Source: a virus (Duplodnaviria > Caudoviricetes). Taken from it: a stretch of DNA of 64,000 nt. The stretch lies in the IMG/VR virus record IMGVR_UViG_3300027749_000034; one strand, 5' to 3'. A model generated the notes under the pieces. The model saw only the letters and a program-made list of their open reading frames with translations, did no database searches and was not told where the DNA came from. Every line of letters starts with the position of its first letter. The stretch's first letter is position 1. Made by a program: the position numbers and the translations under genes. Positions 27,736-37,351 of the stretch are shown piece after piece.

Positions 27736-30700
27736 ATGGCCAATCAAATCATTTTAAAGCGTAGTTCACAGGCGAGCAAAGTTCCAACAACAGCTCAACT
27801 AGAATTAGGCGAAATTGCTATCAACACATATGACGGCAGAATTTTCATCAAGAAAAACAACGGAGCAACATCAGTTGTTGAAATTGGTGGTGTAACAACC
27901 GTCAACACATACGGCGGCGCAGTAGTTCTAAATGCAGATGATGTATTAGAAAAAGCATCATCGCCAAATAATTTATATTTCACTAATGCTCGTGCAAGAG
28001 CCGCATTAAGTGGAACAGGTAGCATCAGCTACAGCTCATCAACTGGTGTTATCACAACTACCCAGTCAATCACAACTGCCGCTACACCAACATTTGCTGG
28101 TTTAACATTGACCGGCAACATGGGTATCACTGGTAACATTACACCAAGTGCAAGCAACACCTATAGCCTAGGTACTGCTTCATATCCGTGGAAAGACGTG
28201 TTTGTTGGTCCAGGTACATTGTATGTTAACGGCAAAGCAGTTATTCAGGACACATCAGGTACAATGACTTTCAGTACTGACACTGACCAAAACATGCGTA
28301 TTACCACAGCTGGTACTGGTGTTTTACAATTGGGTTCAAGTACAACATTAACAGCAGTAAGCGGTACTTTACAAATTCAAAGCGGTAAGAATGTCACTGA
28401 CAGCGCAGGCGTAGCAGTTTCGTTTGGTAATGCCATTAACATGAACACTGCCAAAATTATTGGCCTAGGTACTCCAAGTGCCAATACAGATGCCGCAACA
28501 AAAGGTTATGTTGATAGTACAGTTGGCGCATTAAGCACAAGCAGTATCACACAAGGTAACTCAAGTGTTTCAGTAGTTGACACAGGAACAGGTTCAATTA
28601 CACTGACAGCAGATGGTTCAACAGCCATGACCGCTGATGCAACTGGTGTTACAATTTCAGGCAACTTGACAGTCAACGGAACAACAACCACAGTCAATTC
28701 AAATACAATTAACTTAGCTGACAACATTATCACATTAAACAGTGATTGGACTGGCTCAGCCTCACAAAATGCTGGTGTTGAAGTCAATCGAGGTGATGAT
28801 TCCAAGGTATCATTGCGTTGGAATGAAGGTTCGGACATTTGGCAATTTACAAATGATGGCGCAACATACTATCCAATGGCAGTCAATACAGATGGATTGG
28901 CAGAAGGTAGTACAAACCAATACCATACAACCACTCGTGCTAGAGCCGCATTGAGTGCAACAACAGCAACTGGTGTTAGCTACAGTAGTGCAACAGGTGT
29001 AATCAGCTTGGGTTCTATCCCAAATACTGCATTGGCAAACAACAGCATCACTATCAATGGAACAGCAACAGCATTGGGTGGAACTCGTACATTGACAACT
29101 AGCGATGTTGCCGAAGGTACAAGCTTATACTATACTGATACTCGTGCTAGAGCCGCACTCAGCGCAACAACTGCAACAGGCGTTGCATACAACAGCTCAA
29201 CAGGTGTTATTTCTTTAGCCAGCGTTCCAAACTCATCGTTGACAAACAGCTCAGTCACAATTGGTTCAACTGCTCTAAGCTTAGGTGCAACATCAACTGT
29301 GTTTGCTGGCCTAACAAGTGTAACATCAACAAGTTTTGTTGGTGCGCTAACTGGTAATGCTACAACAGCTACTACATTGGCAACAGCCCGTACAATTAAC
29401 GGTGTAAGTTTTGATGGTAGCGCGGCAGTTACAGTTCATACAGCAGGTACAGGTATCAGCGTAAGTGGTACAAGTGTTGCAATTGATACTGCTGTAACAG
29501 TTGATAAAACAACTACTCAGACTTTGACCAACAAAACATTAACAAGCCCAACAATCAACGGTGCAACAATTGGTGGTCATTTGCTTCCAAGCACTGATGT
29601 TACATACAACTTGGGTAGTGCAACCTACAGATTCAAAGATCTATTCTTAAGCGGCAACACAATTCAACTTGGTACTGCAACAATCTCTGCCAGTGGCAGT
29701 GGTGTTGGTATGTCAAGCTTGGCACTAACTGGTGCAACAAGCGGTACTGTTACATTAACTCCTCCGGCAGTGGCAGGCACAACAGCAATTAGTATTCCAG
29801 CAACAAATGGAACATTGGTAACAACAGGCGACACAGGTACTGTTACAAGCACAATGATTGCCGACGGTACAATTGTCAACGGTGACATTAGTGCCAGCGC
29901 CGCAATTGCCTACAGCAAATTGGCACTAACTGGTGCAATTTTAAATGCTGACTTAGCTGGTAGTATTGCTACAAGCAAGATCACTGGTTTAGCTACATCT
30001 GCTACAACAGATACAACTAATGCAAGTAACATTACTAGCGGTACATTACCAAATGCTCGTTTAGTAAGTGTTCCAAACAGCGCATTGGCAAACAGCTCAG
30101 TAACAGTTGGTACAACAGCAATTGCATTGGGTGCAAGCTCAACAACATTGGCTGGTTTAACTAGTGTTACATCAACTGGCTTTACTGGTGCTTTGACAGG
30201 TAATGCAGACACAGCAACAGCATTAGCAACAGGTAGAACTATTGCTTTAACTGGCGATGTCACATACACTAGCCCATCATTTACTGGTGCTGGCAATGTA
30301 ACAGCGGCAGCTACACTGGCCACAGTCAACAGTAATACTGGTGCATTTGGTTCAGCAACGGCTATTCCAGTAATCACAGTCAACGGCAAGGGTTTAATTA
30401 CTGCAATTTCAACAACAGCAGTTTCTATTCCAAGTGGCGCTTTAACATTCACTGGTGATGTAACAGGTTCAGGTACAACTGGTAGTTCAACAGCATTGAC
30501 AATTGCCACCGGCGCAGTTACAAATGTCAAACTAGCAAACAGTTCTGTTACAGTCACAGCTGGTACAGGCATGTCAGGTGGCGGTGCAGTGGCATTAGGT
30601 AGCACAATTACATTGACCAATGCTGGTGTAACAAGTATCGTTGCTGGTACAGGTATTAGCGTAAGTGGTGCAACAGGTGCAGTTACAGTTACCAACAGTA

Positions 30701-31188
30701 TCACAAACAACAACCAGTTGACAAACGGTTCTGGCTATGTTACATCAAGCGTCTTGGCAAGTACACACACTGGTGCATTGTCCACAAGTAGTGCTTGTGC
30801 AACAGGTGCTTTGACAGTTACTGGTGCTATTACAGCTACTGGTGAAGTTACAGCTTACTACTCAGACATTAACTTGAAGAAGGACATTGTAGAAATTACA
30901 GATCCTATTGCCAAGGTAATGAGCTTGCGTGGTGTTACTTTCCGTCCAAATGATACAGCGTTGGCCTTGGGCATTGTTGACAAAGAAGAAGTTGGTGTTA
31001 TTGCTCAAGAAGTTGAAGCAGTATTACCACAGCTTGTATCAGCCAGTGCATTTGAAGGTTATAAAACTGTTAAGTATGAGAAGTTGACAGCATTGTTGCT
31101 CGAAGCAATTAAAGCCCAACAGCTACAACTTGATGCCTTAACAGCTCAAATTGCTAAGTTAGGCGGTTCGGCTACAACCGAACTTTAA
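27736..31188 (+). CDS. Tail fibre with C-terminal intramolecular chaperone (peptidase S74)
   Basis: N-terminal IILKRS...LELGEIAIN; C-terminal YSDINLKKDI...GVIAQEVEAVLPQLV...VKYEKLTALLLEAIK. Confidence 0.85.
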   Translation: MANQIILKRSSQASKVPTTAQLELGEIAINTYDGRIFIKKNNGATSVVEIGGVTTVNTYGGAVVLNADDVLEKASSPNNLYFTNARARAALSGTGSISYSSSTGVITTTQSITTAATPTFAGLTLTGNMGITGNITPSASNTYSLGTASYPWKDVFVGPGTLYVNGKAVIQDTSGTMTFSTDTDQNMRITTAGTGVLQLGSSTTLTAVSGTLQIQSGKNVTDSAGVAVSFGNAINMNTAKIIGLGTPSANTDAATKGYVDSTVGALSTSSITQGNSSVSVVDTGTGSITLTADGSTAMTADATGVTISGNLTVNGTTTTVNSNTINLADNIITLNSDWTGSASQNAGVEVNRGDDSKVSLRWNEGSDIWQFTNDGATYYPMAVNTDGLAEGSTNQYHTTTRARAALSATTATGVSYSSATGVISLGSIPNTALANNSITINGTATALGGTRTLTTSDVAEGTSLYYTDTRARAALSATTATGVAYNSSTGVISLASVPNSSLTNSSVTIGSTALSLGATSTVFAGLTSVTSTSFVGALTGNATTATTLATARTINGVSFDGSAAVTVHTAGTGISVSGTSVAIDTAVTVDKTTTQTLTNKTLTSPTINGATIGGHLLPSTDVTYNLGSATYRFKDLFLSGNTIQLGTATISASGSGVGMSSLALTGATSGTVTLTPPAVAGTTAISIPATNGTLVTTGDTGTVTSTMIADGTIVNGDISASAAIAYSKLALTGAILNADLAGSIATSKITGLATSATTDTTNASNITSGTLPNARLVSVPNSALANSSVTVGTTAIALGASSTTLAGLTSVTSTGFTGALTGNADTATALATGRTIALTGDVTYTSPSFTGAGNVTAAATLATVNSNTGAFGSATAIPVITVNGKGLITAISTTAVSIPSGALTFTGDVTGSGTTGSSTALTIATGAVTNVKLANSSVTVTAGTGMSGGGAVALGSTITLTNAGVTSIVAGTGISVSGATGAVTVTNSITNNNQLTNGSGYVTSSVLASTHTGALSTSSACATGALTVTGAITATGEVTAYYSDINLKKDIVEITDPIAKVMSLRGVTFRPNDTALALGIVDKEEVGVIAQEVEAVLPQLVSASAFEGYKTVKYEKLTALLLEAIKAQQLQLDALTAQIAKLGGSATTEL

Positions 31189-31219
31189 GCTCTGGTAACT
31201 AGCAAAGGAGATATACATT

Positions 31220-31411
31220 ATGGCAATCCTTCCAGCAACTGGATCGGCAATGACTTTTACTAATGTCAAAAAGGGCTACAGCAATGCGGCCCCAGGCGCA
31301 GGCTCAAATACCGCATTACGCGGTACACTTGGCGCTTACATTAGTATCAGTACAGGTGCCGTTAGTTTAAGTTCTACATTTGGCGGTCGAAGTACACCTT
31401 ATGCAACTTAA
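31220..31411 (+). CDS. Small fibre-associated protein
   Basis: 63 aa with AAGGAG SD, directly after the S74 fibre. Confidence 0.55.
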   Translation: MAILPATGSAMTFTNVKKGYSNAAPGAGSNTALRGTLGAYISISTGAVSLSSTFGGRSTPYAT

Positions 31412-31424
31412 TCGTTGATAAACA

Positions 31425-31453
31425 AAGAAAGGGCGGCAACGCCCTTTCTTTTT
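31425..31453 (+). terminator. Rho-independent terminator
   Basis: AAGAAAGGGCG-GCAA-CGCCCTTTCTT followed by Ts. Confidence 0.85.
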
Positions 31454-31509
31454 GGTTATGATTTCAGAAAATATTTTGATACATAGTAAGTTATTAAAGG
31501 AGTTTACCC

Positions 31510-32022
31510 ATGCAACTATCACAAGTTGAAGTTCTAGCCAGTTCTAGAGCGTTATTGAAGAATGTACCATTCCGTACCAAATTTGAAAGAGAAAACTTTC
31601 TATATGGATCGGCCAGTGGTCCAAGACTATTGGTTATTCTTTGCCAAGAAATTGAAGCGTTGAATAATTTGTTCGAGCAAACCAGCAATGAAGACGAACT
31701 AGCGTCAGTGCTAAATGAAATGAATATCATTCTAGAAAAAATTAATGAACTAAAGGCTGAAATTGGCACAGATATTGAAACAGCCTTGGAAAATGCAGAA
31801 CCTGAATTCTGGGTAGAAGCATTGGCCAGAAAAGCCGCAATTGAAGCATTGACACAAAAGTTTAGTTTTGATAATATGGAACAGATGTTAAAATTACCAG
31901 CTGAACTGTATGAAGAAACAATTACCAAGTGCCAAAGTTTTCTTAATGTAATTAATAAGACCACCAGGTTAGCAGAACGCAAGGCAAATTTATCTAATGT
32001 GCCAAGTGACGTGGGCGAATAA
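31510..32022 (+). CDS. Hypothetical helical protein
   Basis: 170-aa ORF with AAGGAG SD. Confidence 0.7.
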   Translation: MQLSQVEVLASSRALLKNVPFRTKFERENFLYGSASGPRLLVILCQEIEALNNLFEQTSNEDELASVLNEMNIILEKINELKAEIGTDIETALENAEPEFWVEALARKAAIEALTQKFSFDNMEQMLKLPAELYEETITKCQSFLNVINKTTRLAERKANLSNVPSDVGE

Positions 32023-32025
32023 AAC

Positions 32026-32670
32026 TTGTTAAAGTCCGGGAAAACTATCTTTGATAAACAACCTGCTTTGAGTGAGCAGGTTGTAATCTGCATTCCAACA
32101 AATGGAATGATGCATTCATTGAGTGCGTTTTGCCTAACCAACGCAATACGATTCACTGAAAAGCAAGGTATACCAGTAGTACTAGAAATGGATGCAGGTA
32201 CAGTATTGAGCAATCAACGACAAGTATTGTTAGATAGTGCTATTAATACTCATCAAGCAGATCACGTCATGTGGTTTGATAGCGATATGACATTTCCAGA
32301 AGATGTCATTGTCAGACTACTTGAACACAATAAAAATGTTGTTTGTGCAACATACTCCAAGAGAGTAGAGCCATTTCATGTCACTGCTTTTTACAACATT
32401 AATCCTGTTGAACCAGTGGATGTCAGCGGTCACGGTCTAGCTGAAATAAAATACACAGGAATGGGTTGTGTATTAATGAAGGCCAGTATCGTCAATGAAA
32501 TTCCAAGCCCACATTTTCCTCTAAAGTGGCATGCACCCAGTTCTTCATGGCACGGCGAGGATATGGGTTTTTGCGAAGTGCTTTCGCAGAACAATGTTAA
32601 AATATTTTGCGACTTAGATCTTAGTCGAGAGATTGGGCATTTAGGGACACAAGAATTTTATGTGAAGTAG
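32026..32670 (+). CDS. Glycosyltransferase, GT-A (GT2-like) fold
   Basis: VICIPT, VMWFDSDMTFP (DxD), TGMGCVLMK, GEDMGFC, IGHLG; TTG start uncertain. Confidence 0.75.
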   Translation: MLKSGKTIFDKQPALSEQVVICIPTNGMMHSLSAFCLTNAIRFTEKQGIPVVLEMDAGTVLSNQRQVLLDSAINTHQADHVMWFDSDMTFPEDVIVRLLEHNKNVVCATYSKRVEPFHVTAFYNINPVEPVDVSGHGLAEIKYTGMGCVLMKASIVNEIPSPHFPLKWHAPSSSWHGEDMGFCEVLSQNNVKIFCDLDLSREIGHLGTQEFYVK

Positions 32671-33052
32671 GCAAGCTGACAAAAAATGAGCACCAGCGAT
32701 TTAATTTTTTAAGATTGATGCCTGCAGAAATATGATATTCTGGATACATATCATTGGCCAGCACACTACGCATACTTGCACCATCCAACACTGAGCTCAT
32801 TACAAGTTTAGTCTTGAGACTTTGGTCTAAAATTATACTATTGAGCAACGGATGGTACCACAATTCCTCATTGATGAGACGACGAATTTCCAAGTACCAT
32901 CTTTCTGTGTGACTGATAGAATTTTTATACAGATTATTTAGAAGAGGGTTGTTAAGCCACGGCTCCCAACAATGTTGATATTCTAGTTGGTGGTGGGGCC
33001 CTGTATAAATGTCAAGTAATTTTTTATTTGGCGCCTTAATTACTCTTAACAT
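32621..33052 (-). CDS. Hypothetical protein
   Basis: 143-aa ORF overlapping the NUDIX stop. Confidence 0.55.
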   Translation of the reverse strand: MLRVIKAPNKKLLDIYTGPHHQLEYQHCWEPWLNNPLLNNLYKNSISHTERWYLEIRRLINEELWYHPLLNSIILDQSLKTKLVMSSVLDGASMRSVLANDMYPEYHISAGINLKKLNRWCSFFVSLPTSHKILVSLNAQSLD

Positions 33053-33467
33053 TGTTTAATAACCCTTCGAGCGTTTCTTTAAAACCTCTACTGTTAAACA
33101 TCTTGGCTGTATTGCGATGCAATGGCTGTGGCCACTCCCACATGTTTACCCAACAATAACCTGCACTCTCTGAATCAATGATGGGTACAAACTCGTCTTC
33201 GCATAAGATTAGATAACTGACATGTCTAAATCGTTTGTCTCTAGTGGTGAAAGTGTACACATGACTGATTGCAATAGTTTCTGGCACACCAGGAAAACCT
33301 AGTTCTTCACACAGTTCTCTTTTGAGTCCATTGAGGTCACCTTCATTGCCTTCAAGCTTGCCGCCCCATATGCCCCAACACATGCTGTGTGATTCACTGG
33401 GACTTCGCAACTGCATCATTGCTCTGCCTGTTTTTTTACTTACGATTAGTGCGCCTACTGCTCTCAT
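33036..33467 (-). CDS. NUDIX hydrolase
   Basis: Nudix box GKLEGNEGDLNGLKRELCEELGF fits GX5EX7REUXEEXGU. Confidence 0.9.
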   Translation of the reverse strand: MRAVGALIVSKKTGRAMMQLRSPSESHSMCWGIWGGKLEGNEGDLNGLKRELCEELGFPGVPETIAISHVYTFTTRDKRFRHVSYLILCEDEFVPIIDSESAGYCWVNMWEWPQPLHRNTAKMFNSRGFKETLEGLLNNVKSN

Positions 33468-33476
33468 ACTTTGTAG

Positions 33477-34841
33477 TTAGTTGACTATGCGCCACCAGCC
33501 TTGTTCGAATATTCCTTCTATTGCCAATACCCAATCTGTGCCATTGAAGTATAACTTTTTCATTGTGTTGGCATTGGTAGTATAACCACTGGTGTTGACA
33601 GCCCGTGCATCAAATGAAACAATCCAATTACTGCCGTTATACTCAATAATGTCATTGGTAAATGCTTCCAAGTTGCCCCACAAGCTATTCATAATCATGT
33701 TGTTGGCCAATAGATATCGCTGTCCAACAGCCGGCACAGGAATATTGGCTGTGCCCGGAGAAGATCTTTCTGGATCAACTACACCGTTGATCATTGGGAT
33801 TGTATCAGTTGGCAATGTGCTGTTGTCCATAGAATAGCCAAGTACATTTTCATTTCCAGGAACTTCAACCACCCGTAAAATTATTTCGTTTGGATCCAGT
33901 GCATCGCCCAATTTCAATCGAAGTTCAGTAATGCCATTTCTAATGCCGCCGTGTATCTCAAAGTGTGATTTCCAACTTAGGTTTGCACCAGTGCTGTCGT
34001 CATTGTCTTTTGCAGTATTATCATTGTTCAGTAACTGAACAAAATCTTCATTTACCTTAATGTGACGATCTTTAAAAGTGATCCATTGTCTGCTGTTTGC
34101 AGTCTGCTCATTGAGCACAATGTTGTCAAGGAATGTTGTAGCATCAATTGGGCTGTTGAAAGCACTAATGCTGGCAAGAATACTATGGATAAGCACCTGT
34201 CTTTTGACCTTGGCAGGTGGTGTCAAATAAATTGGCAGGGAGAAGATTAAACTTGCTACGTCTATGATATCGTCTGTTCCTTGCGGAATACTACGAGCAG
34301 TCCAAGTAATGTTTACAAGTTCTACCACTGCCAAACTGGTCCAGTCATATGGATTCTGACTGCTTTGTAAGTTAACACTTGGATTGAACAATAGTAAAAT
34401 TTGCTCAAGTAACTGAAGCTTCTGTTCTGTATTACTGGTCCAAATGTCCACATTGATTGTTAGATCAAACGGAATAGGTGCATGTCTTTCTAAGGTATAA
34501 GTTTCACCAATGCTATCTAGTACATTGCCCAGTGGGTCAACTGCCTTCTCATAAATTTGCACAGCATCTTGATGCGACGGATTTAGGCGGCGATCTGCAT
34601 TGGGCACAAGCTCTGCAATATAACAACTGATGGCAGGCACACTAAGAATTGTGTTCTCGCTGTTTTTGCGAAGTATGTGTTGACTCATACGATTCGTATC
34701 ACCGTAGCGTACCGGCACTTGATGATAGTAATCATCATTGTTTGCATCCTTGCCCATCTTAACACTGAAGCCGCCAAACACACGCATGAACTGAAGCAAC
34801 CAGCGTCTTATTTGTTGGTCGTAAAAATATTGTTGAGCCAT
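33477..34841 (-). CDS. gp15: Tail sheath stabilizer/terminator, gp15-like with C-terminal extension
   Basis: YFYDQQIRR...F...VPVRYG...P.PFDLTINVDIWT...QLLEQILLLFNP. Confidence 0.8.
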   Translation of the reverse strand: MAQQYFYDQQIRRWLLQFMRVFGGFSVKMGKDANNDDYYHQVPVRYGDTNRMSQHILRKNSENTILSVPAISCYIAELVPNADRRLNPSHQDAVQIYEKAVDPLGNVLDSIGETYTLERHAPIPFDLTINVDIWTSNTEQKLQLLEQILLLFNPSVNLQSSQNPYDWTSLAVVELVNITWTARSIPQGTDDIIDVASLIFSLPIYLTPPAKVKRQVLIHSILASISAFNSPIDATTFLDNIVLNEQTANSRQWITFKDRHIKVNEDFVQLLNNDNTAKDNDDSTGANLSWKSHFEIHGGIRNGITELRLKLGDALDPNEIILRVVEVPGNENVLGYSMDNSTLPTDTIPMINGVVDPERSSPGTANIPVPAVGQRYLLANNMIMNSLWGNLEAFTNDIIEYNGSNWIVSFDARAVNTSGYTTNANTMKKLYFNGTDWVLAIEGIFEQGWWRIVN

Positions 34842-35935
34842 TAATTATCTGCCTTAGGTTTTACAAATACTTTACTCAGGGCCTGGCGTTCAGGAACAGT
34901 ATTAACAGTTCCACCAGCGCCTTGCGTAGTGGTAGTATTTGTATTGTTAATAAAATTGCCAGCGTTGACAGTATTGTTGATCCACTGCATTTCGTTCAAG
35001 TTGTCCATGACCCTATGCCATTTATTTCCACGATACACAAATAATCTAGTTGGAGTAAAATCTGCTCTTTGAAACAACATGCCCTGACTTGGCGCATCTG
35101 GAAAAGACAATCCACTGTCAACGCCTGTACGATCACTGGAATTTTCAGGGGTAGCAACATGAATGATACTTGTACTCTGTCCGCTCATTACATTTATTAC
35201 TGGAACATTTGTAATGTTATCAAATGGAGTATTAAGGTAGCCGGTGTTTGGAGTCATTACTTTTGCTGATTCAACAATGGCATTGCTAATTTGAATTTCT
35301 CGATTGTAGGTACTCAATGCATTTTTCAAGCTGTCTTCATCTTCTGGATTGCCTAAGATGCTACGATATTCCTGTGCATCATTCATTGGTGCCACTTTGA
35401 TTCGCCAAAGATGCGACCACCAAGTTGGACCAAAACCTTCTGCGGCTTTTGATGCATCCTGTACTACATAAAATTTGTTAATACTTTTTGCGTTGGCATC
35501 TAATAGTAAATCGTCATTCAAGTGCGGCAACTCAATGACATCACCTGCCATTAATTTTCGCCCTAGATGTTTGACCATCTCATTGGTATGGAATGTGATA
35601 AACAAGGTGTCAGCATTTAAAAATAAACCAAACTGACTCAAGTCAAAGTCTTGGTCGTTGACATTATAAGTACCACGCAATTCATAGATAGTGGTATCGT
35701 ATACACGATCGCGGTTTTCCATAAACAAGATGTCTTGTATGTCCATTTCGTTAATTTCGGTCTGAGCCGCCAAATTTGGCTTGGCCGGATCTGATCCATC
35801 CTCAACTGCCGCTGGTCCTAAATATTTGTGGACCAACATGCTGGTGCCGCTGGCATCTACCATGTCACGGATCACACGGTCCTGATAGTAATAGTCTTGC
35901 GTTTTAGCGTTTTTCCAAAGTGAGATTCTAGGCAT
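34841..35935 (-). CDS. gp14: Neck protein, gp14-like
   Basis: DILFMENRDRVYD...DLSQFGLF...GDVIELP next to gp15. Confidence 0.7.
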   Translation of the reverse strand: MPRISLWKNAKTQDYYYQDRVIRDMVDASGTSMLVHKYLGPAAVEDGSDPAKPNLAAQTEINEMDIQDILFMENRDRVYDTTIYELRGTYNVNDQDFDLSQFGLFLNADTLFITFHTNEMVKHLGRKLMAGDVIELPHLNDDLLLDANAKSINKFYVVQDASKAAEGFGPTWWSHLWRIKVAPMNDAQEYRSILGNPEDEDSLKNALSTYNREIQISNAIVESAKVMTPNTGYLNTPFDNITNVPVINVMSGQSTSIIHVATPENSSDRTGVDSGLSFPDAPSQGMLFQRADFTPTRLFVYRGNKWHRVMDNLNEMQWINNTVNAGNFINNTNTTTTQGAGGTVNTVPERQALSKVFVKPKADN

Positions 35936-35973
35936 AATTTCCTCAGGTCCATTATGGACCTATTCTATTGTGT

Positions 35974-35979
35974 TATTTA
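35974..35979 (-). promoter_or_regulatory. Late promoter TAAATA for gp14-gp15
   Basis: GGTAAATA upstream of gp14. Confidence 0.55.
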
Positions 35980-35994
35980 CCGCTTAGATGTCGC

Positions 35995-36023
35995 TTGACA
36001 GGTTCGCAAAGATAAGTTATAAT
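35995..36023 (+). promoter_or_regulatory. Sigma70 promoter TTGACA-N17-TATAAT
   Basis: Perfect consensus. Confidence 0.9.
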
Positions 36024-36055
36024 AGCATCTATACGCTACTAACTTGGAGTAAAAC

Positions 36056-37309
36056 ATGGCCACAGCAACTAAACGCACAGTCGCAAAACCCCCTAAAAAG
36101 AAAAAAACACTGGGCCGAAGCACTCGTACTGCCAGAGACTCTGGCACAGTAAAATTTGATGCCAATGGCAAGCCCAAGCTAAAAGCCATCCAAGTCACTG
36201 ACATTCATCGTATGGGGCACGAACCAGAATGGACTGAACAGGGCACATGGGATGAAGTGCAACGCAGAATTCAAATGAGCCGTGCGTTCAACTGGTACAA
36301 CTACTCCTGTGATCACAAAGATGCCAGGGCATTTTTTGAAGCATATTGTGCTACTAAAGAAGAATTGGCACATTATCCTGCCAAGTTCAAAGCAGTCAAT
36401 GACAGCCAGTATACTTTAACAGTTGGTTGGGTGTGCCGTATGGTGCTGGCAGGATTTGAACTGCAAAATGATGAGGAGCGTCACATCCATCAGCTAATTG
36501 GAAACTTGGAAGCTCGTCTTGCTTCTGAGAAAAATGTGGTAGTTGATCCAGCGGTACCAGTGGTCAAAAAAGAAACAATCCAAGACAGGCTTGCTGAAAA
36601 GTTCAGTGAAGCAATGGGCGAGATTGAAGGAGCAATTGACGAGTTTATAACTGAAGGCAAAGAATTTTCTGCTTACAAATTCTTACAAGGGCAAAACATT
36701 TCTGTGCAGTACATTGCCAAAGTGGCAGAATTCATCCAACCCAAAATTAACGAACTAAATGAATTGCTGGAAGGAAGGGACAGCCAGCTCATGGAAGGGT
36801 ACAAACACATGAGCAAGCGTGATGTCAAAGCATTAATCAAGTTCTACGAGGCAATTATCAATGATGCTAGTGCATACAAAACTAGTAAAATTGCCACTCG
36901 TGCCAAGCCCAAGCGCAAGCCAGTGCCACCTGAGCGCCAAGTTAAAGGTCTAAAGTATCTTAGAGAGTTTGCTGAGCTTGGTCTCAAGAGCATTAACCCA
37001 ACTGAGATCTTAGAAATGAGTGAGCTGTGGACTTACAATACCAAGACTCGCAAGTTGGGTCGCTTTGTTGTAGCCATGCATGGCGACATGGTAGTGGGAC
37101 AGTTGGGCGTTAAGGGCTCTGCTATCATTGGCTTTGATGAGATCAAGAGCACTTGCAAGACCCTGCGTAAACCCGCAGAAAAGCTGGCAGAGTTTAAGAC
37201 ACAGGGCAAGCCCGGATTGCGTAAGTTTATGGACACCATTAGATCAGTGGAAACCAGGTTAAAAGGGCGCATTAGTCCAGAAACAATCTTGCTCCGAGCA
37301 ATCAAGTAG
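36056..37309 (+). CDS. Hypothetical protein with basic N-terminus
   Basis: 417-aa ORF with GGAG SD and its own consensus promoter. Confidence 0.8.
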   Translation: MATATKRTVAKPPKKKKTLGRSTRTARDSGTVKFDANGKPKLKAIQVTDIHRMGHEPEWTEQGTWDEVQRRIQMSRAFNWYNYSCDHKDARAFFEAYCATKEELAHYPAKFKAVNDSQYTLTVGWVCRMVLAGFELQNDEERHIHQLIGNLEARLASEKNVVVDPAVPVVKKETIQDRLAEKFSEAMGEIEGAIDEFITEGKEFSAYKFLQGQNISVQYIAKVAEFIQPKINELNELLEGRDSQLMEGYKHMSKRDVKALIKFYEAIINDASAYKTSKIATRAKPKRKPVPPERQVKGLKYLREFAELGLKSINPTEILEMSELWTYNTKTRKLGRFVVAMHGDMVVGQLGVKGSAIIGFDEIKSTCKTLRKPAEKLAEFKTQGKPGLRKFMDTIRSVETRLKGRISPETILLRAIK

Positions 37310-37318
37310 GTTTTGTGG

Positions 37319-37349
37319 AGTGTCTCCGGTAAATAGTCTCGGAGACACT
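37319..37349 (+). promoter_or_regulatory. 10-bp hairpin with late promoter TAAATA in the loop, sequestering the gp13 SD
   Basis: AGTGTCTCCG/CGGAGACACT perfect stem; GGAG at 37341-37344. Confidence 0.75.
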
Positions 37350-37351
37350 AT

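Noticed and set aside
23088-31188. Diversity-generating retroelement template/variable repeats
   Set aside because: No reverse transcriptase in the window; duplications are internal, in frame, and their differences are not confined to adenines.
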